DNA of 64,000 nt, from the NCBI GenBank assembly GCA_047495785.1, contig JBLDXI010000015.1, positions 3,348,001-3,412,000 of the forward strand, read 5' to 3'. Positions 62,910 to 64,000 of the stretch are shown piece after piece. The position numbers and the translations under genes were made by a program. The notes beneath the pieces are model-generated. The model was given only the letters and a program-made list of their open reading frames with translations. It was not told where the DNA came from and made no database searches. Every line of letters begins with the position of its first letter. Position 1 is the first letter of the stretch. Origin of the DNA: Lepidodermella squamata. Lineage: Eukaryota > Animalia > Gastrotricha.

Positions 62910-63659
62910 ATGGCTCGCTTCTCTTCATGGAACGATGCAGACATTTTGCGGGCTTGTCTTAGTGAAAACCCAATAAATGTCGCAACTGTTGCCCATCTGC
63001 TTGAATATCCTTTCAATGCACCTCACCCTTATAGTCAAGAGGGAATCGGCTTCAACGCAAGTGAAACTCTGGTAAAAGTATTGCGATGGAACCATTCGTC
63101 AAATGATACGTATAATCTACTGAAGAGGCTGCAAGAATTTCGCAAGGAGATGTTAAAGTTGCACCCGACTCGTCTTGTAACCCCTGGAGCAGCTCATCAG
63201 ATCAATTCAGGCCCTGTAGAAGCGGCGTTCTGCTTTGAAATACAAGTCCATGTTGGCAGTGTAGTTCAGATCCGTCCGTTCATTTCACTAATTCCGACCG
63301 AACTATTCTACGCTGACGGCCGCGTTTCAGTGTTCGAGACGCAGTGTGCAAGCTCGAGAGATGATAACGAAGAAATTTACCGAGTTTTTGCCGCATTCAC
63401 CGATGGTATGATTCACCGCATGGATGGTATCGGAGCAGCTCGCTGGATGAGAATGAGTAGGCTCGATAATACGTTATTACCCCAGACTAGGGTAAAATGG
63501 GTCCTAGCCACCTTTAGCCAACTACCGGTTAAAGGCGAAGATATGTTAAAGGGCGATGAAGAAATGAAATTTTGGCATTATTTCCTCGAAATCGGCAAGA
63601 CTCCAGAAAGCTATCTGTATGACATGGTAAGACTTTCACTTCAGCATTATTCAATATAG
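62910..63659 (+). CDS. Hypothetical protein (unrecognised)
   Basis: 249-codon ATG-started ORF, 49 nt after the previous ORF; no motif recognised. Confidence 0.55.
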   Translation: MARFSSWNDADILRACLSENPINVATVAHLLEYPFNAPHPYSQEGIGFNASETLVKVLRWNHSSNDTYNLLKRLQEFRKEMLKLHPTRLVTPGAAHQINSGPVEAAFCFEIQVHVGSVVQIRPFISLIPTELFYADGRVSVFETQCASSRDDNEEIYRVFAAFTDGMIHRMDGIGAARWMRMSRLDNTLLPQTRVKWVLATFSQLPVKGEDMLKGDEEMKFWHYFLEIGKTPESYLYDMVRLSLQHYSI

Positions 63660-64000
63660 TTCCGATATGTAGGGATCAGCAACCGTCATAGCAACTTCTG
63701 ATGACGCAGTTTCATTCGAAATAATCAAACCCGAACGAGGAAAATCTCAAATTAAGATTAAGGACTTCAAAGTACACGCTTTTCCGGATTCGTCCATGAT
63801 ATTAGAATTCTCAAACGGAGAAGTCAGATTCTCTCTATTTTTGGGACATGATGATACTTCACGCCTGTATCTGTCCCGCACGCCGCAGCAAGAGCTTGTG
63901 CTCGTTGCTGAAGTTTGGCCACGCGGGCAAAAAAGCAAACCGCCTCATGCCCGATTTCATTTCCGATCACCAACAGCAGCTTTGCAGTTTTACCGAAAAG

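Noticed and set aside
1-64000. tRNA, rRNA, snRNA or snoRNA genes; prokaryotic operons or defence systems
   Set aside because: None recognised by eye (needs tRNAscan/Infernal); spliceosomal introns and gene content show the DNA is eukaryotic.

Overview
Eukaryotic (invertebrate-animal-like) genomic DNA from a very compact genome: standard code, GT-AG introns mostly ~50-60 nt, AT-rich spacers. I reconstructed about 23 protein-coding genes by hand. Housekeeping genes sit in tightly packed co-directional runs: Pellino-amine oxidase-RING-RING-RCE1 (+); RBM28-FBXL-RBM8A-JAGN1 (-); MMAA-DEPDC5-PRPF3-TMEM9 (+); SPATA22-like-Wee1 (+). Gaps are as small as 46-170 nt, often with an AG acceptor just before the ATG, which suggests SL trans-spliced operons. 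Other genes are an atypical DUSP, an orphan class A GPCR, G-alpha-s and TTC26/IFT56. The most unusual part is 36.7-46.4 kb: a five-exon TIR-NB-ARC(STAND)-ankyrin NLR-like gene lies head-to-head with a ten-exon gene that splices in frame into a Rab11-like GTPase-coiled coil-NEK-like kinase fusion, followed by a paralogous Rab with a Q-to-L switch II change and no prenylation motif. Mobile DNA includes a frameshifted 3.8 kb Sola-type transposon (TIRs, ATAT TSD) with a nested hAT MITE, plus several other MITEs. Exon boundaries were read by eye and family calls come from recalled motifs, not database searches. The species cannot be determined.
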